Shown here: piece by piece, positions 22,444 through 31,375 of the stretch
How the letters are laid out: each line of letters opens with the position of its first letter
How positions within the stretch are numbered: position 1 is the first letter of the stretch
Assembly: GCA_041677785.1 (NCBI GenBank)
Contig: JBAYPJ010000005.1
Location: forward strand, 3,482-67,481
Reading direction: 5' to 3'
DNA length: 64,000 nucleotides
Source: Novosphingobium sp.
Lineage (GTDB): Bacteria; Pseudomonadota; Alphaproteobacteria; Sphingomonadales; Sphingomonadaceae
Program-made: the position numbers and the translations under genes
The notes under the pieces: model-generated
The model's input: the letters and a program-made list of their open reading frames with translations, nothing else
Told to the model about the DNA's origin: nothing
Database searches by the model: none

Positions 22444-22893
22444 ATGACCGAAATCGAGCGGCTCCTCGCCATCGAGGAGATCAAGCAGGTCAAGGCGAAA
22501 TACTTCTACGCCTTCGACCACAAGGACTGGGACATGTGGCGGCGCGAGGTCTGGGCGCCCGACGGGCGGCTCGAAGTCCCCGAATTCCGCGCCGAGCCTT
22601 TCACGCCTTTCGAGGAAGTGCTGCGCTATGCCTCCGAGGCCGCAGCCGACCAGGTTTCGGTCCATCACGGCCACACGCCGATCATCGCGTTCACATCGGA
22701 CACGACGGCGAAAGTCATCTGGGCGATGGAGGACCGCCTGTTCCGCACGAAGGAACATCCGCTCTACGACGGCAGCACCTGGCTCCACGGCTGGGGGCAT
22801 TACCACGAGACGTATATCCGGCTCGACGTCGGCTGGCGCATCCAGTCCAGCCGCCTGACGCGGCTGCGCGTCGAGATGAAGAAGATCCTCTGA
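22444..22893 (+). CDS. NTF2-like (SnoaL_4-type) protein, paralog 1
   Basis: ORF 22369..22893 trimmed to MTEIERLLAIEEIKQVKAKYFYAFDHKDWDMW..., the typical SnoaL-like N-terminus. Confidence 0.75.
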   Translation: MTEIERLLAIEEIKQVKAKYFYAFDHKDWDMWRREVWAPDGRLEVPEFRAEPFTPFEEVLRYASEAAADQVSVHHGHTPIIAFTSDTTAKVIWAMEDRLFRTKEHPLYDGSTWLHGWGHYHETYIRLDVGWRIQSSRLTRLRVEMKKIL

Positions 22894-23339
22894 TGAGCCC
22901 GCTCGAACGGCTGGCCGCGATCGAGGAGATCAAGCAGCTCAAGGCGCGGTACTTCTACGGCTACGACCACAAGGACTGGGATTTCTGGCGCAACGAGGTC
23001 TGGGCGCCCGACGGGCGGCTGGAAGTGCCCGAGGCGAACCTCGCCATAGGGCCGCGCGAGACGATGATCGACTGGGTGATCGCGCAGGCGGCCGATCAGG
23101 TTTCGATCCACCACGGCCACACGCCAATCATCGAGATCACCTCGCCCACCGCCGCCACCGGCATCTGGGCGATGGAGGACCGCATCTACCGCTCGAAGGA
23201 GCATCCGCTGAACGGCGACACCCACCTGGTCATCGGTTTCGGCCACTACCACGAAACCTACGTCAGGCTCGATGTCGGCTGGCGCATCCGTTCGACCCGG
23301 CTGACGCGGCTGCGCACGATCTACGAAAAGGTGCTGTGA
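22893..23339 (+). CDS. NTF2-like (SnoaL_4-type) protein, paralog 2
   Basis: MSPLERLAAIEEIKQLKARYFYGYDHKDWDFW... The ATG overlaps the paralog 1 stop (TGATG). It is the C-terminal part of track ORF 22344..23339. Confidence 0.75.
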   Translation: MSPLERLAAIEEIKQLKARYFYGYDHKDWDFWRNEVWAPDGRLEVPEANLAIGPRETMIDWVIAQAADQVSIHHGHTPIIEITSPTAATGIWAMEDRIYRSKEHPLNGDTHLVIGFGHYHETYVRLDVGWRIRSTRLTRLRTIYEKVL

Positions 23340-23403
23340 CCCACGGGCATGGTGCCCCGGCCCGAAGGGCCCGTCCCGCCGGAGCGGAGACGGGCGGTGG
23401 CAT

Positions 23404-25743
23404 TCAAAACTTCAACAGGGCTTCCATCCCGACGATGCGCGGATCGCCATAGCCCAGGATGTTGCCGTAGGCGGCCGCGGAATTGCCGAACGTCGTGTAG
23501 TAGGAATTGAGCAGATTCTTGGCGAAGACCGCCAGCTCCCACTTCTCATCGGCCGACTTGATGCCGGCGCGCGCATTGACCAGCCAGTAGGACGGGCCGG
23601 TCGAGTTCGGCAGCACGCCCGGAAGGCCGGACTGCTGCCAGATCACGTCATCGGTGTAGGACGCGGTAACGTTGCCGACGACGTGGAGTTGGTCGTTAAC
23701 CGGCTGGTCGAGGTTGGCGTTGAACGAAAGCTGCCATTCGGGCGAGTTGATCATCGTCTCGCCGCTGAAATCGAACGGGACGAGCACCGGGTTGCTCGCC
23801 GGGACCGACAGCTTCTTGTACTTGGCGTTGAGATAACCGACCGACGCGCCCACCGTCAGCGGATCGGCCAGCCGCGCGTTGACGTTCGCCTCGAAGCCGT
23901 AGGTCCGCGCGCTGCCGGCATTGACCGTGGCGATCGACACTTCCGGATAGGACAGGTTGGCGTGGGCGGCGACCTGCACGTTGCGGTAGTCGTTGTAGAA
24001 CACCGCCGCCGAGACATTCACCCGGCGATCGAACAGCGGCGCATGGACACCCACCTCGAAGGTGTCGACCTCCTCGCCCTTGAAGATGCCGCCCTGGGTA
24101 TAGGGATCGGGATAGATGCGCAGGTCCGCCACCGGCACGACCCCGCCGGCCTTGAAGCCCCGCGCCCAGCGCGCATAGACGTTGCCGCCGCCCGCGAGGC
24201 TGTACTTGAGCGTAGCCGAGGGCAGGAACTTCTTTTCGACCAGCGGCGCGCGCGTCGGCACGCCCGGCGCCGGGCGATCGGTATTGCGCTCGTGCACGTA
24301 GCGGCCCGAGACGGTGACGTTCAGGCTTTCGCTGAAGTCATAGCCGGCCTGCACGTAGGCCGACCAGTTCCGCACCAGATAGCCGCCGGCGCCGGAGGGC
24401 AGTTCGTTGATGAGCGGCGGGATGAGGTTGGCGAACGAGCCGCCGTCGAACTGCGCCCGCAGGAAGGTGACCCCCGCGATCCACGAGACGGGGCCTTCGG
24501 CGGTCGAGACGGCCCGCGCCTCGTGATAGAAGGTCTGCTTCTTGATCGGCACATGCGCCTGCACCATGGCGAAGGGCGTGAAGCCGAGTTCGGTCAGGAA
24601 CTCGCTCTGGTTCTTGCGGAACGAGGTGATCGAGGTCAGGTCGACGGTGGGCAGCGACAGCACCGCCGTGGCGGACACGCCCCAGTCCTTCAGCCGGACA
24701 TAGCCCGCGGTGCGCTGCGCCGTGGTGAACTTCTCCGTCACCGGGACGATCAGGCTGCCGAGCCCTGCCACGGTCGTGCTGGCCCCGGCAAAGTCGTTCA
24801 GGAAGCTGGACAGCACCGCCACCGGATAGGCCGGCGTGACGTTGTAGAACCCATTGCCGTTGTCGTCGTTCTTCTTGCTGTAGTCGCCGGCGAAGGTGAT
24901 CTTGAAGTTGTCGGTCGGCTGGACCAGCAGCTTGCTGCTGACCGCCCAGAAATCCTCGTCGTTGTAGCCCTTGCGGGAAACCGTGCCGGCGTTGAAGAAC
25001 GCCGCGGTCTGCGCCGGCGTGCCGAGGAACGAGGCAGTGCCGGGCCCCGCCACATCGTTCACCGGGAACATCGCCGCGGTATAGGGGCCGGCATCGGGCG
25101 TGGTGTTGCGGATGTAGAAGCCGTGCGTGCGCCGCTCGCCGGCGATCGTCCAGGCGGCATGGTCGCCGAGCGGAATGTTGACGAAGCCCGAGTTCTGGAA
25201 GGTGGACTTGTCCGCGAAGGAAAGCCGGAACCTTGCCGCGAAGCCGTCGGTCGACGGCTGGCGGGTGATGATGTTGACCGCGCCGCCCGTGGCGTTGCGG
25301 CCGTAGAGCCCGCCGGGCGCGCCCTTGATCACCTCGACCCGCTCGACATCGACGAAGTTGTTGACCAGCGTGCCGAACACGCGCGGCACATCGTCGATGA
25401 AGGTCGCCACCGAGGGATCGGCGCCGACGAAGATCGAGTTGCCGATGCCGCGAATGAACATCTGGTTGTAGCCGGACGAATTCGACGGCACGAAGCCCGG
25501 CGTCGTGAGCTGCAGGTCGCTCATCTGGCGGATGCCGGACGCCGAGAGCTGGTCGCCAGTGCTCGCCTGGATGGACAGCGGCACGTCCAGCAGGCTTTCG
25601 CCCTTGCGCTGGGCGGTGACGACGATCTCGCTGACGCCCCTGACGGACGTGTCGTCGTCGCCGCTCTGCGCGAATGCCGGGCTCGACAGCACCGCCAGCA
25701 TCGCAGACGCCAGATAGAGTCCAGGCTTGATCGGTTTCCTCAT
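23404..25743 (-). CDS. TonB-dependent receptor
   Basis: 779 aa. Signal peptide ending AFAQ, a plug domain (VVTAQRKGESLLDVPLS), and a C-terminal aromatic residue (LLKF). Confidence 0.93.
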   Translation of the reverse strand: MRKPIKPGLYLASAMLAVLSSPAFAQSGDDDTSVRGVSEIVVTAQRKGESLLDVPLSIQASTGDQLSASGIRQMSDLQLTTPGFVPSNSSGYNQMFIRGIGNSIFVGADPSVATFIDDVPRVFGTLVNNFVDVERVEVIKGAPGGLYGRNATGGAVNIITRQPSTDGFAARFRLSFADKSTFQNSGFVNIPLGDHAAWTIAGERRTHGFYIRNTTPDAGPYTAAMFPVNDVAGPGTASFLGTPAQTAAFFNAGTVSRKGYNDEDFWAVSSKLLVQPTDNFKITFAGDYSKKNDDNGNGFYNVTPAYPVAVLSSFLNDFAGASTTVAGLGSLIVPVTEKFTTAQRTAGYVRLKDWGVSATAVLSLPTVDLTSITSFRKNQSEFLTELGFTPFAMVQAHVPIKKQTFYHEARAVSTAEGPVSWIAGVTFLRAQFDGGSFANLIPPLINELPSGAGGYLVRNWSAYVQAGYDFSESLNVTVSGRYVHERNTDRPAPGVPTRAPLVEKKFLPSATLKYSLAGGGNVYARWARGFKAGGVVPVADLRIYPDPYTQGGIFKGEEVDTFEVGVHAPLFDRRVNVSAAVFYNDYRNVQVAAHANLSYPEVSIATVNAGSARTYGFEANVNARLADPLTVGASVGYLNAKYKKLSVPASNPVLVPFDFSGETMINSPEWQLSFNANLDQPVNDQLHVVGNVTASYTDDVIWQQSGLPGVLPNSTGPSYWLVNARAGIKSADEKWELAVFAKNLLNSYYTTFGNSAAAYGNILGYGDPRIVGMEALLKF

Positions 25744-25955
25744 CGCATCCTCCCTGTCTCGGTCCCCGTGTACGCCCGGGGTCCCCGCAGACTTCCCATG
25801 ATGCCCGGCTGGTATACGGCCATGATGGCGCGCAGGTGACCGGTATCGATGTTCAGCCTATTCCCTTCGGGGCGCGTCTGCCAGCGCCATGTTTGGAACA
25901 GACCACGGTTGGATTCCGATTCGTGACGGGATGCACGGCGGCCGATGGGCCGCAG

Positions 25956-25985
25956 CCTCCCCGCCGCCTCGCGACGGCGGGGAGG
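25956..25985 (-). terminator. Strong GC hairpin between the Rieske oxygenase and TonB receptor genes
   Basis: CCTCCCCGCCG-8 nt-CGGCGGGGAGG, an 11-bp perfect stem starting 8 nt after the oxygenase stop. There is no U-tract, so function as terminator or attenuator is uncertain. Confidence 0.4.
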
Positions 25986-25992
25986 AGCGAGT

Positions 25993-27486
25993 TCAGATTC
26001 CCAGTTTCCTCACCGCGCCGCGGCCTTCCATCCAGTCGGCCAGGTTGCGGTGCAGGTTGATGACCTTCTGCTCCTGGTGCGGGTTGGGCAGCGTGCCGCG
26101 GAAGCCCGAGGACTTCATGCCCTTCTGGACGAACTCCATGTTGGAGAAGTCCTGCGCCAGCACCGACCCCCAGTTCTCGCCGGTGGGATCGGCGAAGACC
26201 CACTCGGTCTCCGGCTCCTCGCCCTCGGGGAAGCGTTCGAGCGCATAGCTTTCGAAGATGCACTTGTTGGGGTCGTCGCCATAGGGCCGCACGCGGTAGC
26301 ACAGCGCGAAGGTTTCGCCGTGGAGGATATTCTGGTTAGGCCAGAGCCCCCAGGCAAGGCCCGATTCCTGCTTGATCGCGGGCGGAACCTCGGGCCAGAT
26401 CACGCCGCGCGCCGCGTCGTCGGCCTTGGCGGACTTGAGCCAGTGGGCGATGCATTCCTGCGCGGTCGCGGTCTCGGGCAGTTCATCGACCAGGCGGCTC
26501 GCGGCCTTGACCAGCGTTTCGGTGGAGGCGGAGAAGTTGACCGTCTCGTAGTTCTCGCGGATCAGCTCGTAGGTCGAGACGCGCGGGTCGTCGCCCTTGC
26601 CGGCGCGGGTAGTGCCGGCGCTTTCGGCCATCTTGAACTTGTTATCGCGCGTGTCGTAGCTCGACACCGAGTGCAGGCCGTACTGCTTCGACAGCGCATA
26701 GTAGTCGCCATAGGCGAGAAGCTGGGTGTGCGTGCCGGCGACGTGGTAGGGCTCGAGGAACGCCTCGATCGCGACCTTCCAGTTGCACGGATAGATCGCC
26801 CACTGGCGCCACTTGTAGCGCATCTTGTCGAGTTCGAAATAATCGAGGATCTCGCCCGCGCGGCCCATCCACTCCTTCAGCGAGACGCTGTCGGGGTCCA
26901 TGTTGATGTAGATGTAGCCGCCCCAGGTGTCGACCTTGACCTCGGACAGGCAGGTCATCTCCGGCGTCAGCTTGTTGTGCCAGTCCTGCGGATCGAGGAT
27001 ATAGGTGTTGTTGCCGTCGGTATCGAAGGTCCAGCCGTGGAAGCCGCAGATGAAGTTGCGGCGGTTGTTGCCGCGCACATCGTGGACCTTGTCCTGCCGG
27101 ACGCTGTGCGGCCCGGGCACCATGTCGGGCACCGAGACGAGCTGGCGGCCGCGGTGCGGGCAGACGTTGTGGAAGGCCTTGAGCGTGCCGTCGTCCTTGC
27201 GCAGGACGATGATCGATTCCTCGGCGACGTTGTAGGTCATCCAGTCACCCGGATTGGGCAGGTCGGTCTCGCGTTCGACCATCTGCCAGATCTTGGGCCA
27301 GAGCAGCTTCTTCTCGGCCTCGAGATATTCCTTCGAGAGGAAGGCCTCGGTCGAATAGGTGACCAGCTTTTCCTGGTCCATGTCCTGGGGGGTGATGTTC
27401 TCGGACGCAATCTTGGACAGCTCGTTCACGGTCGTCTCCCATTCCTCCATCGCGGAGCCGGATCGCCGGCCGGCTTCCCGCAACAT
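25993..27486 (-). CDS. Rieske [2Fe-2S] aromatic-ring-hydroxylating oxygenase, alpha subunit
   Basis: CPHRGRQLV...CGFHGWTF Rieske motif plus a large catalytic domain. The start is uncertain (27486 or the ATG at 27450, MEEWETT). Confidence 0.88.
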   Translation of the reverse strand: MLREAGRRSGSAMEEWETTVNELSKIASENITPQDMDQEKLVTYSTEAFLSKEYLEAEKKLLWPKIWQMVERETDLPNPGDWMTYNVAEESIIVLRKDDGTLKAFHNVCPHRGRQLVSVPDMVPGPHSVRQDKVHDVRGNNRRNFICGFHGWTFDTDGNNTYILDPQDWHNKLTPEMTCLSEVKVDTWGGYIYINMDPDSVSLKEWMGRAGEILDYFELDKMRYKWRQWAIYPCNWKVAIEAFLEPYHVAGTHTQLLAYGDYYALSKQYGLHSVSSYDTRDNKFKMAESAGTTRAGKGDDPRVSTYELIRENYETVNFSASTETLVKAASRLVDELPETATAQECIAHWLKSAKADDAARGVIWPEVPPAIKQESGLAWGLWPNQNILHGETFALCYRVRPYGDDPNKCIFESYALERFPEGEEPETEWVFADPTGENWGSVLAQDFSNMEFVQKGMKSSGFRGTLPNPHQEQKVINLHRNLADWMEGRGAVRKLGI

Positions 27487-27585
27487 GGCTTGCCGATTCC
27501 ACTATCGCAGATCGACCGTGGAGGGAACCGGCGAACGGCCCGTCGCACGACGATCGTAGACAATGTCGGACCCTTATAGCATAAT

Positions 27586-27605
27586 AAGAATGAATAACCA
27601 TTCTT
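27586..27605. promoter_or_regulatory. Candidate TetR operator (perfect 7-bp inverted repeat) in the divergent promoter region
   Basis: AAGAATG-aataac-CATTCTT inside a roughly 40-nt AT-rich island between the Rieske oxygenase and tetR starts. Confidence 0.45.
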
Positions 27606-27718
27606 TTTTTACCCTGCGTTGACAGCGGGCGTCGACATTGGGCAACGGGCGCTCTTGCGATAAGCACGCCACCGCCCTGCCCCCTTGCGCCTGCCCCCTT
27701 GTGGAGGACAGATCGAAT

Positions 27719-28324
27719 ATGGTTCGCACGCCCGAAGCCCTAGCCAGACGGCAGCAGCGCACGGAACGGCGCCAGGATCAGGTGCTGGACGCGGCGGAGG
27801 AATGCTTCCGCGTCGAAGGGTTCCACCGCACCAGCATGGCGCGGATCGCCGCGGTCGCGGACATGAGCGTCGGCCACATCTACCAGTATTTCGCCAACAA
27901 GGACGCGCTGATCATCGCCCTGAGCGAGCGCCGCTTCGCGGGCTTCGAGGCGCTGCTGATGGCGGCCGAGCGCGATGCCCCGGACGCGACCTCGCAGGTC
28001 GATGCCTGGATCGCGCAGTTCGCCTGGTGGATCGACCCGGTGCGCGCGCCGCTGACGCTCGAAATCATGTCGGAGGCCGGCCGCAATCCCAAGGTCGCGC
28101 AAGTCGTCGAGAGGATCGACCGGCGCTTTCGCGAGATCATGCGGCGCAGCCTGCTGCCGCTGGCGGGCGCGATCCCGCCCGGCGAGATCGACGACCGGCT
28201 GGAAGCGATCGTCATGCTCTCGCACGGCATGACCAGCCGCATCACCGCCGACCCGGAAGCCGATCCCGATCGGCTCATCGCGGCCTTCAGGCTGGCGGTG
28301 CACGGGCTGCTGGCGACGGCCTGA
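27719..28324 (+). CDS. TetR/AcrR-family transcriptional regulator
   Basis: MVRTPEALARRQQRTERRQDQVLDAAEECFRVEGFHRTSMARIAAVADMSVGHIYQYF is a TetR HTH. ORF 27638..28324 was trimmed to this ATG. Confidence 0.88.
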   Translation: MVRTPEALARRQQRTERRQDQVLDAAEECFRVEGFHRTSMARIAAVADMSVGHIYQYFANKDALIIALSERRFAGFEALLMAAERDAPDATSQVDAWIAQFAWWIDPVRAPLTLEIMSEAGRNPKVAQVVERIDRRFREIMRRSLLPLAGAIPPGEIDDRLEAIVMLSHGMTSRITADPEADPDRLIAAFRLAVHGLLATA

Positions 28325-28333
28325 CCCGCGCCG

Positions 28334-30178
28334 TCAGTCGACCAGCGCGGGGCCCTTGACGATCAGGCCCTCGAGATCGCCCTTGTCGCGCCAGGCGGCA
28401 AGCATCGCCTGGAAGTCATGCCAGCCCGGCCCCCAGGCGCGGAACAGCGCCCACTTGGGTTTCTCCTCGCCCTCGTTGTTGAAGTAGCTCGGCGTGCATT
28501 CGCGCGCGAAGGCGGACGTGTCGGGCTCCATTTCCTCGAAGCGGGCGACGTAGGCGTCCTGCGCCTCCTTGCTGGTCTCGACCACCTCGGCGCCGCGCTT
28601 CAGCGCCTCGCCGATGATGTGGGCGATGTGCTGGCCCTGACGGCCGAACATCTCGGTCACGCTGGCGTTGAGCCCGCCCTGGATGTAGCCGATGAAGAAC
28701 TGGTTGGGAAAGCCGTGCGTCATCGTGCCGTGCAGCGTGACGGGCCCCTCGCGCCAGTGGTCGTAGAGCGAGCGTCCGTCGCGGCCCGCGATCACGGGGA
28801 TGCCCCAGCGGCGCTCCAGGTCGCTCGTCACCTCGAAGCCCGAGGCGAAGATCATGCAGTCGACCTCGTGCTCGACGCCTTCGTGCAGGAAGCCCTTTTC
28901 GGTCATCGCCTCAAGGCCCTGCGTGGCGGAAACGTCGATCAGCCGGACGTTGGGCTGGTTGAACGCGGGGTAGTATTCGTTGTTCGACAGCGGCCGCTTG
29001 CACAGGAAGCGGAACCAGGGCTTGAGCGCCTCGGCCGTGGCCTTGTCCTCGACGATGGCTTCGACGCGCTGGCGCATCCGCTCCATCACCTGGAAGTCCA
29101 TGGCGTCGCGGCGGGCCATGAACTCCTCGGGGGTAAGCTCGGGCCAGCCTTCCGCTTCCAGCTCCTTGGCGAGGTTGCGCGAGATCTCGGTCCAGATGTC
29201 GCAGATAAGGTCGGGCTCGCCGGGCTGGAAGAATTCCATCGCCGCGCGGTGGAAGTTGTCCTGCCGGCGCGCCTGCCAGCCGGGTTCGAGCGACTTGACC
29301 CACTCGGGGTCGGTCGGCGGATTGGGCCGCTCGTCGACGTTGGAGGGGGTGCGCTGGATGACGTAGAGCTGCTTGGCGTGCCTGGCGAGGTAGGGCACAG
29401 CCTGGATCGCGGTCGCGCCCGTGCCGAGGATGGCGACGGTCTTGTCCTTCAGCTTGTCGAGCACCGGCGCGGTGTGGCTGCCGCCGGTATAGCCATAGTC
29501 CCAGCGGGCAGTGTGGAACATCTTGCCCTTGAAGCTGTCGATGCCGGGAATGCCGGGCAGCTTGGGCATGTTGAGCACGCCGCAGGCCATGACCACGAAA
29601 CGCGGCCGGAACTCGTCGCCCCGGTTGGTGCCGACGCACCAGCGCCCGATCTTAGCGTCCCATGTGAGCGAGGTGATCAGCGTGTGGAACACCGCCCTGT
29701 CGGCAAAGCCGAACGTCTCGGCGATCTGCTTGCAGTAAGCATAGATCTCGGCGCCGTCGGAGAACTTCTTGGACGGGAGAAAGCCCGTCTCCTCCAGCAA
29801 CGGCAGATAGCAGTAGGCGTCGTTGTCGCACTGGATGCCGGGGTAGCGGTTCCAGTACCAAACGCCCCCGAAGTCGCCGGCGTGATCGACGTTGCGGAAG
29901 TTCGTCACGCCCTGCTGCGTCAGGTGATAGGCGGCGATCAGCCCGCCGAAGCCGCCGCCGAGGATGAGGACGTCCAGTTCTTCCGAGATCGGATCGCGCG
30001 GTGCAACGGGGTTGTGCGGATCGGTGGCGTAAAGATCGTTCTTCTCGCCCGAGACGCGCACGTACTGTTCCTGCCCGCGCGTGTTGATGCGCTTGTCGCG
30101 CTCCTGCGCGTACCGGGCGCGCAGGGCGGGGATGTCGAGCGTATCGGCGGAAGGCACGTCGGTCTTCAGGCAGGTCAT
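28334..30178 (-). CDS. Type I Baeyer-Villiger (flavin, NADPH-dependent) monooxygenase
   Basis: 614 aa. Rossmann ILGGGFGG, BVMO fingerprint FKGKMFHTARWD (FxGxxxHxxxWD), second Rossmann ILGTGATA. Confidence 0.88.
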   Translation of the reverse strand: MTCLKTDVPSADTLDIPALRARYAQERDKRINTRGQEQYVRVSGEKNDLYATDPHNPVAPRDPISEELDVLILGGGFGGLIAAYHLTQQGVTNFRNVDHAGDFGGVWYWNRYPGIQCDNDAYCYLPLLEETGFLPSKKFSDGAEIYAYCKQIAETFGFADRAVFHTLITSLTWDAKIGRWCVGTNRGDEFRPRFVVMACGVLNMPKLPGIPGIDSFKGKMFHTARWDYGYTGGSHTAPVLDKLKDKTVAILGTGATAIQAVPYLARHAKQLYVIQRTPSNVDERPNPPTDPEWVKSLEPGWQARRQDNFHRAAMEFFQPGEPDLICDIWTEISRNLAKELEAEGWPELTPEEFMARRDAMDFQVMERMRQRVEAIVEDKATAEALKPWFRFLCKRPLSNNEYYPAFNQPNVRLIDVSATQGLEAMTEKGFLHEGVEHEVDCMIFASGFEVTSDLERRWGIPVIAGRDGRSLYDHWREGPVTLHGTMTHGFPNQFFIGYIQGGLNASVTEMFGRQGQHIAHIIGEALKRGAEVVETSKEAQDAYVARFEEMEPDTSAFARECTPSYFNNEGEEKPKWALFRAWGPGWHDFQAMLAAWRDKGDLEGLIVKGPALVD

Positions 30179-30281
30179 GTCAGTTCCCCAATGATTCGTT
30201 TTGGGGTGGCATATTTATAGTCAACATAGTTGTCTATTATAAATGTATCCCATTCCTCCCCGAGCAAGCTCGGGGAGGAAT

Positions 30282-31190
30282 TTACAGCAGCCGCCGCCCC
30301 GGCACCGGCGCCTCGGCCCTGAGGATCGTGCCGGTGGCCGATTCGGTGATGTAGAGCGTACGGTTGTCCGGCCCGCCGTAGGCCAGGTTCGTGGTCATGC
30401 GGCCTTCGGGCGACCTGATCCGCAGCGTGGGCTCGCCCCAGGGATCGAACAGCCAGACGCTGCCCATGCCGACGTGGCAGACCGCCAGCCCGTCGTTCTC
30501 GTCGATGGTGATGCCGTCGGGGCCGTGGCCGCCCGAAAGCTGGATGAAGGTGCCGACCTTGCCGGTGCTGCCGTCGGCATTGAAGTTGATCTTCCAGATC
30601 GCATTGGCGCGCGTGACGGCAAGGTAAAGCGCGTTCTCCGCCTTGTTAAGCACGAGGCCGTTGGGGCTGGGGATCTTGTCGAGCACCACTTCGAGCCGGC
30701 CGGAGCCGGCACACAGGCGGAACACCTTGCCGTAGGCATCGGCCAGGCTCGATTGCGCCTGGTCGGTGAAATAGACATCGCCGTTGCTCGCCACGCACAG
30801 ATCGTTGCAGCCCCGGAACGGCTCGAGCAGGCGGCGGGTGACGTAAGGCTCCACCGTGCCTTTCGCCGGGTCGAACCGCATTATGCCGTTCTTGAGGTCG
30901 GCGATCAGCGCGCTGCCGTCCTTCAGGAACTTGAGGCCGTTGGGATAGCCGTCATACTCCGCGCCGACCGAAACCTCGCCTGCCGGCGTGACTTTCAGCA
31001 GCCGCCCCCAGGGGATGTCGGTGACCCACAGGTTGCCCGCCGAATCGAAGCAGGGGCCTTCGAGGAAGGTGGGCGCGGGATTGCCGTGAATCTGCACCGC
31101 GGCCCATTCCGACTTGCGCTCGCCATAGCCGATCGATTCGGGAATGACGGCGAAGACATCCGCTTCGACACTCGGAGGGATCGGATACAT
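30282..31190 (-). CDS. SMP-30/gluconolactonase/LRE-family lactonase
   Basis: Beta-propeller-type repeats (...GNLWVTDI..., ...NGLV..., ...PDGITIDE...). The start was chosen at ATG 31190 (MYPIPPS), preceded by AGGAGAG. The track ORF starts at 31208. Confidence 0.8.
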   Translation of the reverse strand: MYPIPPSVEADVFAVIPESIGYGERKSEWAAVQIHGNPAPTFLEGPCFDSAGNLWVTDIPWGRLLKVTPAGEVSVGAEYDGYPNGLKFLKDGSALIADLKNGIMRFDPAKGTVEPYVTRRLLEPFRGCNDLCVASNGDVYFTDQAQSSLADAYGKVFRLCAGSGRLEVVLDKIPSPNGLVLNKAENALYLAVTRANAIWKINFNADGSTGKVGTFIQLSGGHGPDGITIDENDGLAVCHVGMGSVWLFDPWGEPTLRIRSPEGRMTTNLAYGGPDNRTLYITESATGTILRAEAPVPGRRLL

Positions 31191-31375
31191 TTTTCGCTCT
31201 CCTGACACAAAAAGGGGTGCGCTCGGTCACGCGGCGACCTATAGAGGGAATCGACGATTCTTGTTGCCTGCCGGCCCTATTATGAGTTGACCGGCGACGG
31301 AAGAGCTTTCACGAGAAGAGCAGGCCTTTGGCGCGGATCGGATACGTTCGGCCAGGGCCCGGGAGAACATAGGCG

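Noticed and set aside
25744-25955. Possible cobalamin (or other) riboswitch in the 210-nt leader of the TonB-dependent receptor.
   Set aside because: The minus strand has AAGGGAATAGGCTGAAC, faintly like the B12-element core. However, there is no GCCACTG B12 box and no matching helices that I could build. The resemblance is too weak without a covariance-model scan.
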